Source: a virus
Virus record (IMG/VR): IMGVR_UViG_3300037468_000183
Coordinates: 1-64,000 of that record
Direction: 5' to 3' (one strand)
DNA: 64,000 nt
The notes beneath the pieces are model-generated. The model saw nothing but the letters and a program-made list of their open reading frames with translations, ran no database searches and was not told the DNA's origin. The translations under genes and the position numbers were made by a program. Positions 10,152 through 19,926 of the stretch are shown piece by piece; position 1 is the first letter of the stretch, and the number at the start of each line of letters is the position of its first letter.

Positions 10152-10493
10152 ATGGCAAAGAAAGCTGAGGAGCGCGAGGAACCGCAGGCAGAGCCGTATT
10201 GGCCCGTCGCGGCCTGTGAGATTCCAGCCGGCGACGTGGTTATCAAGCTGGCTCCGGCAGATGGGCCAATCGCGCTGGTCATCGGTTCACCGGCCCGCGT
10301 CGCCAACCGGCACGCCCTGGACGCACGCTGTACGGTGCAATGGTTGCCACTGCTAGATAACGGACGCTTCACCGTGCAACTGGTCAGCGGCAAAGTTGCG
10401 GGCGGCCAGGTGCTACACGCCGGTAAGACGGTTGGCTTTGCGCTGAAGCATGGTGAAACGGTAGAGTGCCTCCTACCGGTGGCAGGCGAGTAA
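10152..10493 (+). CDS. Hypothetical protein
   Basis: GGAGG RBS, co-oriented. Confidence 0.6.
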   Translation: MAKKAEEREEPQAEPYWPVAACEIPAGDVVIKLAPADGPIALVIGSPARVANRHALDARCTVQWLPLLDNGRFTVQLVSGKVAGGQVLHAGKTVGFALKHGETVECLLPVAGE

Positions 10494-10499
10494 CAGCAC

Positions 10500-10525
10500 G
10501 GGGGACGGTTTGACCGCCGTCCCCG
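10500..10525 (+). terminator. Hairpin after head genes
   Basis: ggggacgg...ccgtcccc. Confidence 0.45.
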
Positions 10526-10537
10526 AATGAGCGCAAC

Positions 10538-11440
10538 ATGGCAAACGAGCTACAGGCGCACGGCACCACCGGTCAGACTGTCTACTGCGTGCTGCGGAAA
10601 ATGAGCAGCAGCGGCAAAGTTTGGAACGGCAGTACTTTCGTACCGCTCAGTACCGGCGATTGGACGGGCTACGCGCTGACCATGACCGAGTCGGGCAGCA
10701 CCGGCACGTATCGGGCATCGATGCCCGCGGTGACGGCGGGGTTGTATCACTTCACGGCCTACATCCGGGCCACTGGCACGCCACTCGTCAGCGATGTGCA
10801 ACTCGACGCCGACGAATATACCTGGGCCGGCACCAGTACCATCGCGTTGACCAACCTCACGCGCTACGCGACCGCGGCGGAACTCAAGAACCGCATCGGT
10901 ATCCGGGATATGCTGGACGATACGATCTTAGGCCAGGTGCTCGACGCCGTGAGTCGGGGTATTGATAACTACTGCGGACGCTCCTTCTACGCGTCGGCGG
11001 CGGGCGTGGTGCGCTACTACACGCCACTCTCCGCCGAGATGGTCTTGATCGATGACTGTATCGCGCTGAGCGCCGTCGCGACCGACGACAACGCCGACCG
11101 CACGTATGCCACGACCTGGGCCACGACGGACTACGATCTGCTGCCGGAGAATGCCGCAGCCAACGGCGCGCCGTATGACACCATCGCCACGACACCGCTC
11201 GCCGCTTACCGCTTCCCATCATGGCGGCGGTCACTGAAGCTGACGGGCGCGTGGGGTTGGCCCGCCGTGCCCGATCCGGTACACGAAGCCTGTCTGATTC
11301 AGGGTTCGCGTGTGTTCAAGCGCAAAGATGCGCCGTTCGGTATCTCCGGCACGCCAGAGATGGGACAAATGCGCCTGGGGCGGCTTGACCCGGATGTGCT
11401 GTGGATGCTGGAAACCTATCGCAAACTGGTAGTGGCCTGA
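10538..11440 (+). CDS. Head-tail adaptor (gp6/gp15-like) with extra N-terminal domain
   Basis: YATAAELK..IDNYCGRSF..WGWPAVPDPVHEACL..LETYRK. Confidence 0.82.
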   Translation: MANELQAHGTTGQTVYCVLRKMSSSGKVWNGSTFVPLSTGDWTGYALTMTESGSTGTYRASMPAVTAGLYHFTAYIRATGTPLVSDVQLDADEYTWAGTSTIALTNLTRYATAAELKNRIGIRDMLDDTILGQVLDAVSRGIDNYCGRSFYASAAGVVRYYTPLSAEMVLIDDCIALSAVATDDNADRTYATTWATTDYDLLPENAAANGAPYDTIATTPLAAYRFPSWRRSLKLTGAWGWPAVPDPVHEACLIQGSRVFKRKDAPFGISGTPEMGQMRLGRLDPDVLWMLETYRKLVVA

Positions 11441-11913
11441 TGGAAATCACAATCAACGCGACGGGCATCACCGAGGCGCTGGCGGCGGTCGATCCAAAGA
11501 AAGCGTACATGATTATCGATTTGTGGTATCTGCGTTCGACTGACTACGCCAAGCGCGAGCTACAAACACGTTCGCCAGCCAGACTCAGGCGCAAGGTGCG
11601 CGTGTTGTTCGACGGTTACAAACCGCACCGTTGGGCGCGTGTCTTCGTCAAGTCGCCGTTGGCGCATCTGCTCGAAGGTGGCACCGGGTCTAGGGGCGTG
11701 TCCCCCTTCAAGCACGTCGGCAGACATTGGCCGAGCACGAAGGGCATCATGGAGGCGACGGGCCTGCCCAAGCCGGAGGCTTTTCTAGTGGCACGCAGCA
11801 TCGGCTTGCGCGGTGGCAATCCACCCAAGCCGTTCCTGCAGCCGACCTGGAATGTGGTTATGCCGCGCATCAGTGAGATGGCGGAGCAGGCGGCGGCGGA
11901 GGTGCTGCGATGA
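11440..11913 (+). CDS. HK97 gp10-like neck/tail completion protein
   Basis: AHLLEGGT and PKPFLQP motifs; synteny. Confidence 0.7.
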   Translation: MEITINATGITEALAAVDPKKAYMIIDLWYLRSTDYAKRELQTRSPARLRRKVRVLFDGYKPHRWARVFVKSPLAHLLEGGTGSRGVSPFKHVGRHWPSTKGIMEATGLPKPEAFLVARSIGLRGGNPPKPFLQPTWNVVMPRISEMAEQAAAEVLR

Positions 11914-12332
11914 CGCTGGCAACTCTGGCAACCATCATCGCCGGCATTCAAGACGAGGTGCTGACGCTGTCCGATATCCGGCTCGCGCCCGACGTGCCAC
12001 CGGAGCAGATCGCGGGCGGCGGCGTGTTCGCCGTGGTCTATCCGGCATCCGGGCGCTTCGAGCAAACCACCTCCGATGATCGGGGGCAGGGCGAGCACAC
12101 GTTGCACCTGATGGTAGCAACACCACAGGTCAACCTGCGTTCGGATTGGGCGCGCATCATCGGCTTCGGCACGACAGTTCCCAACGCCATCCTGCACGGC
12201 GCGACGTTGGGCGGCGCCATCCTGCAATCCAACCAAATCCGCTACACGTTCGGGCCGCTGGAATGGGGCGGGCAACAGATGTTTGGCTGGCTGTTTGAGA
12301 TCGACGTGTTGACAGTCGGTCTGATTACGTAG
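11910..12332 (+). CDS. Putative tail terminator
   Basis: Size and position before tail tube genes. Confidence 0.55.
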   Translation: MTLATLATIIAGIQDEVLTLSDIRLAPDVPPEQIAGGGVFAVVYPASGRFEQTTSDDRGQGEHTLHLMVATPQVNLRSDWARIIGFGTTVPNAILHGATLGGAILQSNQIRYTFGPLEWGGQQMFGWLFEIDVLTVGLIT

Positions 12333-12343
12333 GAGGAAGATTC

Positions 12344-12775
12344 ATGGCACACACAGTTTTTACCGGCAAAAGCGCGACCACCGTCGTCTCCGTGGCATCA
12401 GGAGCCGTGACGGGCTGGCGCGAAGTCACCATCGAGGAAAACGGGCGTCCGGTCGCTGAGGCGATGGACATCACGAAGGCCGGCGATCTGCTCTATACCT
12501 ACATGGACGATCCGCTCGGCGGCAAGGGCCAGCCGTCCTGCAAGATCACGGTTTCGGGCCTGCTCAGCCGGTCGGATAAATCCGATTCCGGCAAACTCAC
12601 CGGCACGGCCAAAGGCGCGACCGTTACCGTAGTCGTGACGACCGCGGCCGGTGGTGACACCTTCACCATGACGAACGGGCGCTATACCTCGCTCGACACG
12701 CCGCACGGTGTCGGAGAGGTGGTGCCTTATACCGCAGTTTTCGACAAGGCGGCCACAACCGGCGTTTGGTCATAG
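12344..12775 (+). CDS. Putative tail tube protein, paralogue C1
   Basis: Strong RBS, Thr/Gly-rich beta protein, DDPLGGKG. Confidence 0.6.
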   Translation: MAHTVFTGKSATTVVSVASGAVTGWREVTIEENGRPVAEAMDITKAGDLLYTYMDDPLGGKGQPSCKITVSGLLSRSDKSDSGKLTGTAKGATVTVVVTTAAGGDTFTMTNGRYTSLDTPHGVGEVVPYTAVFDKAATTGVWS

Positions 12776-12787
12776 GAGTGATGCGCA

Positions 12788-13225
12788 ATGGCTCAAGTTG
12801 AGTTTACAGGCCAGAAGATGACGGCTACCGCGGGCATCATCACGCTTGAAGGTGTCACGCGCATAGTCATCAACGACGTTGGCGCGCCCGTCCCCGAAGC
12901 GTTCGACGTGACGGTGGTGGCGGATGGCACTTACACCTTTCTCGAAGACCCGCTCGGCGGCAAAGGCGCGCCGAAGGCCACTGTCACCGTCACCTGCCAG
13001 GCATCGACGGCAAGCCTGGCAGACGGCAAGGCGGCTTCCGTGGCGTTCAACACACCCGCTGCGTTTCTCGTTGAGTCGGGCCAGACACCCACCGACAACA
13101 CCTGGGCGCACACTACCACTGAGTTAGTCAAGCGCGTGACCAAGATCACCTGGGGCGCACCAGTGGCAACCGTGGAGTTGACCTTCCAAGCCAATACCTG
13201 CGGCACCTGGGGGTCACACGCATGA
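12788..13225 (+). CDS. Putative tail tube protein, paralogue C2
   Basis: Aligns with C1 (PVPEAFDVT..YTFLEDPLGGKG). Confidence 0.6.
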   Translation: MAQVEFTGQKMTATAGIITLEGVTRIVINDVGAPVPEAFDVTVVADGTYTFLEDPLGGKGAPKATVTVTCQASTASLADGKAASVAFNTPAAFLVESGQTPTDNTWAHTTTELVKRVTKITWGAPVATVELTFQANTCGTWGSHA

Positions 13226-13506
13226 GCGCCGTCACGTATCACGCCGACGCGCCGCGCAAGGACTGGGTGGAGCTTGCGGGAGTCGCACAACTGCCGATGC
13301 GCGAGCTCGTCAAGATGGACGCCGATTCGACAACGGGCTATGAGTTCGCTAAGTCCGTGACGCTCGACGGCATGTTCTTCGACCAGGCGGGTGAACCCGT
13401 GGACTGGCGCAATGACTTTTTGGCGCTGACTGTGCAACAATGGGACTGGTGGCGGGGTCGCATCTGGCGGGCGGCGCGTGAGGAAATTATCGACCCGGAA
13501 GCCTAG
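13222..13506 (+). CDS. Tail assembly chaperone (gpG-like)
   Basis: Between tube and tape measure genes; ends IDPEA. Confidence 0.7.
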   Translation: MSAVTYHADAPRKDWVELAGVAQLPMRELVKMDADSTTGYEFAKSVTLDGMFFDQAGEPVDWRNDFLALTVQQWDWWRGRIWRAAREEIIDPEA

Positions 13507-13706
13507 AGGCGCTGTATGCAACGTGCCAGGGGTGGCAGGATACAGCGCCGGTGGTAGCGGTGCGCTTGTTCGAGCGGGCGCGCTTTGTGGCCGAGCATCC
13601 GGGCTGGACGTATCGCGACTACGACGATGCGGCGGCCTCTGATATCCTCTTTGACCGGGAGTATCGCGCCATGATCCAACCGATCCCCAAGAGCAACAAT
13701 GGCTAA
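13503..13706 (+). CDS. Tail assembly chaperone extension (gpT-like, -1 frame)
   Basis: Open -1 frame LEALYATCQGW...HPGWTYRDYD...SNNG* ending over the TMP start. Confidence 0.62.
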   Translation, partial: LEALYATCQGWQDTAPVVAVRLFERARFVAEHPGWTYRDYDDAAASDILFDREYRAMIQPIPKSNNG

Positions 13707-16149
13707 CGTCAACCTCGACCTGAAAGCCAGCGACAATGCCTCGCGCGCGATGCAGATGGTCTCCGAGCGCCTGGTGCAACTGCGCACGGAGATTGACGCG
13801 CTGCGCGCCAAAGGCACGATCAATCTGACCGTGGCCGATGCCGGCAACCTGAACCGCCTGACCGCCGAGGCTACGCGCCTGGAGCGGGCGCTGCACACTA
13901 CCGGGGCCACGGGCACGGCGGTCGCGGGCCAGATGAGCGGCGCGTTCAGGGGTCTCGATGGCGTGCTCAGCAACCTGGGTTTGGGCGGCCTGGGGATGAT
14001 TGGCAGCGCGGCGGGCCTGGGCGCGGTGGCGATTGGTGTCGGAAAACTCACGCTTGATTTGACCAAGCTCGGAGAGGAAAGCGCGCAACTGGAAGCGCGC
14101 TTCAACGCGTTCGCGGGCGGGGCGGCGCAAGGCGCGGCCAATCTGCAATTGATGAGCACGGCCGTCGCGGGCGTTATCACGCGCGATGACCAGATGATTG
14201 CGCTGAACAAACTCATGGCTTCCGGCTTGACCGACACGGCGCAGGAAGCCGCCAAAGTTGCTGAGGCGGCGGTATGGCTCGGCAGCGCCACCGCGCAGCC
14301 GCTGGATCGCATCGAAGCTCTGACCAATGCCCTGTTGAGTGGCCGCACGAAGGGGCTAGTCCCTTACGGCATCGACATGGACAAGCTCAAAGGCCGCATG
14401 GCGGAGTTGCAGGCGGCCAATGGCAGCTTGACGGCCAGCCAGGCCACGTTGAATGCGTTCATGGAACAGGCCGGGCCGCTGATGCGCAAGGTCCAGGATG
14501 AGGGCGGCCTTGCCGCGACCTCGACGCAAAAGCTCGCCGTCGCGTGGGGCGATCTCAAGGATCAGATGGGCAGTGTGATTGCGCCCCGCATCACGCCGAT
14601 CATCGAAGGCACTGCGCAGACCATTGCGTCTATCGGCAATGTCGGCCCGTATCTGGAGAAACAGCGCGCCACCGCTGCGGCTACAGCGGCCCTGAACGAT
14701 TATAAGTTGGCCGTGCAGAATACGGCAATGGCCGAGCAGCTTTTGGCCGAGGCGCAACGTACCGGCTTCGGTACGGGGGCGGAGCAACAGGCGCTTGACA
14801 TCGCACGCGCCAATGAGGAAGCGGCGGCCCGCAGCGTGCGCGCTTGGGAAGCCGTCGGCAAAGCCGGTCTAGGCGAAATCAATGTCGGCATGACGGATGA
14901 GGGCCGGAAGGCGGTCGCGACCTGGGGCAAGGCCGGCGCAGATGCCGCCTCCGGTTTCGCCAATGCCTTCAATCTCGGCCTGGGCGGATTGCCCGGCTCG
15001 ATGGACATTGTAGCGCAGAGCGCCGCGGCGCGTATGGGCGCGGCCTTCAAGGGCTTCGACTTCACCAAGTTCGTAGACTTCCAGAAGGCGCAAGCTGGCT
15101 TCAACCTCTCGCCTATCGGCTCCGCACCGCAGTTCGATCTACAGCGCGCGGCGCCCGCCGAAGGCTTGGCCTATCTGCAAAATTACAACAAAATCGCAGA
15201 GTCCGCGATTCAGAATCTAACCGGTTTTCGCGAAGATGCGACCTCTGCCGATCTTGATACGCAGTCCAGAATGGCGAAGGAGGCCAGCGCTGCCTGGCGG
15301 GAAGCTGCCGCGTCAACCGAGCGCCGCTGGACAGCCGCAGCTAACGTGCTGATGAGCATTACTGGTGTGCCGGGCGGCGCGCCATCGGCAGTTACGCAAA
15401 CCGATGTAGACCTATCGAAAGCGGGACTGTACCAGAACAAGCCGGATGAGTACTTGCGGCGCTTGCGTGATGAAGTCGCTCAGGGCAAGGACATCTACCC
15501 GCAGGTCTCGGTCGAGGATGCCGCGGCGCGTATGGGCATCTCTGGCGGTGTCGATCCAAAGGCGATTCTCGCGCTGTTTGAAAAACAGTGGGCCAGCGGT
15601 GAGTTATTCGCCAACAAGGGCAATCTCGATCTGATCGACAAGGACGCCGTCGCGCGTGAACTCGCCAGCAAACAGGCGGCGGCACAGGGCATCGCAAATG
15701 TGCAGGGTGCCTTCGGCGTGCCCCTCGAGGGCATGAAGGGCCAAACCGATCTGATCAATGCGATTCAGGGACTCATCAATCGTCTGCCTGCGGTGATACC
15801 GGGTGCGAATGCCTTACCTGGCGCAGCCGTGCCGCCGGCGGGCGGTGACCTCGCCAAGCCGGGAGCCGGGGCTATTGCTGCGATGGCGCTCAATGCGCAG
15901 ATCATCAATATCAGCGCGGCGACGGCCAGCATCACAGCGGGCACGCTCGCGGCACCTGCGGGGCCAAGCGCCACGGCGCAAGCGGTCAACATCACGATTG
16001 CCGCAGGCGGCGTGCTGATCGGCGGCGACACGTCTACCGGCGCGGAAACGCGTCTGAGGGATTGGCTCATCGAAGCCTTCAGGGGCTTCGCACAATCTGA
16101 GCAGCGGCGCGCACCGTCTGCGCCAGCGTTTATGCCGGGCAATCCATAG
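13699..16149 (+). CDS. Tape measure protein
   Basis: 816 aa, Ala/Gly-rich helical, LKASDNAS start; synteny. Confidence 0.85.
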   Translation: MANVNLDLKASDNASRAMQMVSERLVQLRTEIDALRAKGTINLTVADAGNLNRLTAEATRLERALHTTGATGTAVAGQMSGAFRGLDGVLSNLGLGGLGMIGSAAGLGAVAIGVGKLTLDLTKLGEESAQLEARFNAFAGGAAQGAANLQLMSTAVAGVITRDDQMIALNKLMASGLTDTAQEAAKVAEAAVWLGSATAQPLDRIEALTNALLSGRTKGLVPYGIDMDKLKGRMAELQAANGSLTASQATLNAFMEQAGPLMRKVQDEGGLAATSTQKLAVAWGDLKDQMGSVIAPRITPIIEGTAQTIASIGNVGPYLEKQRATAAATAALNDYKLAVQNTAMAEQLLAEAQRTGFGTGAEQQALDIARANEEAAARSVRAWEAVGKAGLGEINVGMTDEGRKAVATWGKAGADAASGFANAFNLGLGGLPGSMDIVAQSAAARMGAAFKGFDFTKFVDFQKAQAGFNLSPIGSAPQFDLQRAAPAEGLAYLQNYNKIAESAIQNLTGFREDATSADLDTQSRMAKEASAAWREAAASTERRWTAAANVLMSITGVPGGAPSAVTQTDVDLSKAGLYQNKPDEYLRRLRDEVAQGKDIYPQVSVEDAAARMGISGGVDPKAILALFEKQWASGELFANKGNLDLIDKDAVARELASKQAAAQGIANVQGAFGVPLEGMKGQTDLINAIQGLINRLPAVIPGANALPGAAVPPAGGDLAKPGAGAIAAMALNAQIINISAATASITAGTLAAPAGPSATAQAVNITIAAGGVLIGGDTSTGAETRLRDWLIEAFRGFAQSEQRRAPSAPAFMPGNP

Positions 16150-16157
16150 GGGTCAGT

Positions 16158-16496
16158 ATGCCAACAGGTTTTGGGGCAGTCGAGTTCGGCATCTTGGTAG
16201 CTTCGACCGGGGCGCGGCGTATCGATGCCGACGTAACTGAGATCAAAATTCCGGGCGGGCCGACCTATGTCGATATCGGCGGGCCGCGCGCGATCCATAT
16301 TTCGCTCGAGCTCTTTTTCGCCACCGGCTCGGTTTATGCCAGTCTGGAGGCGCTGGTGGGTACGCAGGCCACTTTGACCACCGAGATCGGCGCGATTGCC
16401 AACGCCTGTTTGGTCTCGCTGGCGCGCACCTGGTACAATGCGGGCGGCACGGGGCCGACGAAGGCCGCGGCCGAGTTCGTCATACCGAGCGCCTGA
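16158..16496 (+). CDS. Putative distal tail protein
   Basis: Follows TMP; ~110 aa beta protein. Confidence 0.55.
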   Translation: MPTGFGAVEFGILVASTGARRIDADVTEIKIPGGPTYVDIGGPRAIHISLELFFATGSVYASLEALVGTQATLTTEIGAIANACLVSLARTWYNAGGTGPTKAAAEFVIPSA

Positions 16497-16498
16497 GT

Positions 16499-17647
16499 GT
16501 GACGACCTATCTGCGCCAGCCGATCTTGACCGTGAGCGTCAACGGCATTCCATTGTCGGAGGTCATCTCGGCTCGGTGTCAAATCGGCTATACACTGAGC
16601 ATCGCACAAGCTGAGGTCGAGTTACCGAGCTTGCCGGAGGGTCTTGTGCCTTTCGATACCGTCGAGGTGTTCATGGGCGCGACCGAGGCGACGATTGAAG
16701 TGCGCTTCACCGGCTACGTAACGCAGATCGAGAATGAGCTTTATCCGAAGGCGGTCAAGCTCACCTGCCGGGGCAACTTGCAGAAAGCCGAAACGTACGC
16801 GGCCATGACCGACGTAGACATGACGAGCTATGCCTACTATTTGATAAACGGCGGCACGTTCGGGCACACCGATGAAACGATGGTTAGCACGATCCTATAC
16901 ATTGTCGGTCTGACTACTGGCTACACGCCATCGGGTGAAACGCCATATACTGGTATCGGCGGTACAGGCACTATGCTAGGAAAAACGGTGCCGTTTGTCA
17001 ACACAGCGTTTACCTGGAATACCGGCGAAAGTGGACTGTCATTCATCCAAAAACTCGACAGCGTATGCCTGGGCTATTGTACTTTCGAGTTGGCCGATGG
17101 CTCAATCGTGCGCCAGCAAATCAGCGCCCTGCCCGCCGTCAGTGCATCGAAGACCTTCACTGAGCACGTGGACATTTACCGAGCGACAGCACTTGACACG
17201 ATCCTGGAAGCCAAGAACCGCATCAAAGTTTCTGGCTGGCAGCGCAACAATAACACCGATGCCGCCAAAAATGAGGCTACGGCGGATGCGGAAAATTACT
17301 GGTTCAACATCCTGTCCGGTTCCACGCAATGGTACGTGCAGCATAGTCTGTCAAGCGCGATGATTGAGGGCAGTCTAATTGATGGCGTTGACCCTGCGGG
17401 TCTGGAGTGCCAGGCGGTAGCAGATTGGCAATTGGCCGAGTTGAACGTCAGACGGTTGCGCGTGAACCTCACAACGCCTCGCGATGATAACATTGCGCCG
17501 GGTGCGACGATTGCGATAAACTCACCGACGCGCCTGGGCATCACGACGCAAAACTTTTGGGTGCAGGAAGTGGCCTGTGAGGTCAACCGCCAGAATCAGT
17601 TTGCACAAAATCTTGTGTGCCTGGGCGTCGTGCCGGAGCCTGCCTAA
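16499..17647 (+). CDS. Putative tail tip hub protein (gpD/gp27-like)
   Basis: VRFTGYV, NRIKVSG, IAPGATIAI..FWVQEV pattern. Confidence 0.65.
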   Translation: MTTYLRQPILTVSVNGIPLSEVISARCQIGYTLSIAQAEVELPSLPEGLVPFDTVEVFMGATEATIEVRFTGYVTQIENELYPKAVKLTCRGNLQKAETYAAMTDVDMTSYAYYLINGGTFGHTDETMVSTILYIVGLTTGYTPSGETPYTGIGGTGTMLGKTVPFVNTAFTWNTGESGLSFIQKLDSVCLGYCTFELADGSIVRQQISALPAVSASKTFTEHVDIYRATALDTILEAKNRIKVSGWQRNNNTDAAKNEATADAENYWFNILSGSTQWYVQHSLSSAMIEGSLIDGVDPAGLECQAVADWQLAELNVRRLRVNLTTPRDDNIAPGATIAINSPTRLGITTQNFWVQEVACEVNRQNQFAQNLVCLGVVPEPA

Positions 17648-18237
17648 TGCCTGGCGATCCTGAACTGACTCAAGCCGTACAGGTTTTCCTGTCGCAGATG
17701 TGGCAGCACATCGACAACACGATTCGCGCCATGATCGGGCATCATCATCGGGAGCATGAGCCGGGCGGTAACGATCAAGTGCGCTTGCCCGTCTACGCCC
17801 TATCTGATGTACACTGGCTAAAAGACGCTTCCGGGGATCCACCCGACGATGGCGATACGCTCATCTATTATCGGCATAAGACCGACGGCGTAGCGAGCTA
17901 TGAGCGTGATGGCTGGTGGGAAATCGAGCCAGCTGGCAGGCACCAGGCGCATCTTGGTGTGATCCTGCCCGCCTCTGTGATCCCGCCAGGGCCGACGAAC
18001 ATCACCGGCAAATCGTTCTCTGTTCGTGGCGTACTGATTTCATCCGATGGCGCGTGTACTGGCACCCTGAGCTTTGGCGGCTCATACTCGTTTTCGTTTG
18101 GCGCGGCAGGCGGCTCGCAGTCATGGGACTTGGAGAACACTCCCGGCACATGGGGCGGCGGCAGTTCCATAAGCGTAACCTACCCTAACGATACGACCGC
18201 ATCATGGCTCACAGCAGATATTTGGTTGGCAGGCTAA
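17647..18237 (+). CDS. Putative minor tail protein
   Basis: TAATG overlap; HHREHEPGGND, LSDV..PDDGDTLIY. Confidence 0.55.
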   Translation: MPGDPELTQAVQVFLSQMWQHIDNTIRAMIGHHHREHEPGGNDQVRLPVYALSDVHWLKDASGDPPDDGDTLIYYRHKTDGVASYERDGWWEIEPAGRHQAHLGVILPASVIPPGPTNITGKSFSVRGVLISSDGACTGTLSFGGSYSFSFGAAGGSQSWDLENTPGTWGGGSSISVTYPNDTTASWLTADIWLAG

Positions 18238-18238
18238 A

Positions 18239-19489
18239 ATGACAAAAGCACGCTGGTCTATCGCATTCATGTTTATCGTGGCGCTGTTCGTGCTGGTGAT
18301 GTGCACGCAGCCCGCGACCTCCACACCGCCCATTGACGAGATGGGTTTGCCGCGCGCGCAGGGTGGCAGTTGCAGCACCTATTCGAATAGTACGACTATA
18401 ACAATCCCGGATGGTGATTCAACGGGCATCACCTCCACGATTACTATTCCGCCCGTCGCAGGGATAGTAACGTATGTGCGCGTTTCGATAGGTATCGATC
18501 ACGCCTATCCTGGCGACCTCAGCGCCTATTTGACGACGCCGAATCTGTGCATGAGCGAGATATTCGCCGGTGATATGGGTTCGGACGCCTTCGCAGGATC
18601 GCTATATTTCGCCAACGATGGCGCGATGTATATCTATGACGATAGTGTTCCGTTCTCAAATCTTTACAGACCAAATGCCGAATTTAGTTCCAATTTTCGC
18701 GCGGGCGGACGCTGGACACTGAACATATCTGACAATGCAGGTGCCGACGAGGGCACGCTAACCGGTTGGAGCGTCACGCTTTGTACCGGCAGTGCGCGGC
18801 CTAGCGATGGGCCAGCTACGGCCACGCCAACGATTACGCCGACACCGACCACTACACCGATAGGAACTGTTACACCGATCCCCTTCAGCGCGTGCGTTTC
18901 CATCTATGAGGTAGACACAGGATTTGACAACAATTCTCCTGGCGATCTCGAACGTTGCCCGTCAACTCCACCGGCGGGCGATGGCGCATCGTCTGGATAC
19001 CATCTATATCAGCAAGTCGCACCGCCTAACTGGGCAAATCACGCCATTTGCGCATATACAAAATATCCATATAACATTCAAGTCTCTCTAGGACCAAGCG
19101 AATCTTACGAGTGGGGCGGCGGAAACGGCTATTTATCCGGTGGTTTTTGGTTGCCGGAACCGTACATAGATCCGTATGTTGGTCCAGTCTCAGAAAGTAC
19201 TAATGGCACATATGTAACTTGTGGTGAAGGCAATAGCTATCGGAGTGGCATTTGGCACAAGAATACCCAAAGCCAAATCACCGGCTGGTACGGTTCTCCT
19301 GGCGTTATTGCTAGTCAGGGTCTCGCGTGGCAAGAAAAGGTTGATGAATGTGTGGGCGGTGGCGGCGCATACATTGACGAAACCATTACTATTTTGGCGT
19401 GCGAAATGCCAGCGCCAACCGCAACGCCCACGCCGCGTCTGCCGATCTGTGGCACACCGCGCCCCGGTGGCGGCTGGGGCATCTTCTAG
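18239..19489 (+). CDS. Secreted protein with proprotein-convertase P-domain, PT linker and Cys-containing C-domain
   Basis: Signal peptide; ITIPDG..ITSTITI..HAYPGDL..GRWTLNISDNAGADEGTLTGWSV. Confidence 0.75.
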   Translation: MTKARWSIAFMFIVALFVLVMCTQPATSTPPIDEMGLPRAQGGSCSTYSNSTTITIPDGDSTGITSTITIPPVAGIVTYVRVSIGIDHAYPGDLSAYLTTPNLCMSEIFAGDMGSDAFAGSLYFANDGAMYIYDDSVPFSNLYRPNAEFSSNFRAGGRWTLNISDNAGADEGTLTGWSVTLCTGSARPSDGPATATPTITPTPTTTPIGTVTPIPFSACVSIYEVDTGFDNNSPGDLERCPSTPPAGDGASSGYHLYQQVAPPNWANHAICAYTKYPYNIQVSLGPSESYEWGGGNGYLSGGFWLPEPYIDPYVGPVSESTNGTYVTCGEGNSYRSGIWHKNTQSQITGWYGSPGVIASQGLAWQEKVDECVGGGGAYIDETITILACEMPAPTATPTPRLPICGTPRPGGGWGIF

Positions 19490-19498
19490 GAGGTAGAC

Positions 19499-19852
19499 AT
19501 GGCAGTCGAGTACAGAGGACAAGGCCGATTTGAGATAGTGCATGGCTGTGCGCAAACGTCAACTAACAGCCTGGTAGTGGTCACTGGCAGCGAACTTGAC
19601 GTGCGCGGTTGGCGCTCGGTCGAGTACACCATCAGCGTCGCGACCAATAGTGTCAAGTGGACGGTTTACGCCGACAACGACAGCGCCTTCGGGACGGAGG
19701 TCGTGGTGAAAGCAGAGGCGACGGTAGCCGCGCTGGCAACCGGCACATACTCGATTGCTAACGCGCCGTACACCGATTATCGTATCAAGATCGACTCGGC
19801 GGTCGATGACGTGCACGGCAAAGTCAGCATTACCGCGCTGATGACGGGTTGA
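19499..19852 (+). CDS. Hypothetical beta-sandwich protein
   Basis: AGGAGG RBS. Confidence 0.65.
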   Translation: MAVEYRGQGRFEIVHGCAQTSTNSLVVVTGSELDVRGWRSVEYTISVATNSVKWTVYADNDSAFGTEVVVKAEATVAALATGTYSIANAPYTDYRIKIDSAVDDVHGKVSITALMTG

Positions 19853-19926
19853 GGTATACTGATAGCGCGTTAGGCGCAACGTATCGGGCTTTGCCATAGA
19901 CGGCGAAGCAGAAGCGAAGGTCATCC

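Noticed and set aside
12931-14348. Long antisense ORFs (405 aa, 281 aa) and similar shadows such as 30413-31312 and 57928-58818
   Set aside because: They lie opposite well-supported genes in GC-rich DNA with no motifs or RBS
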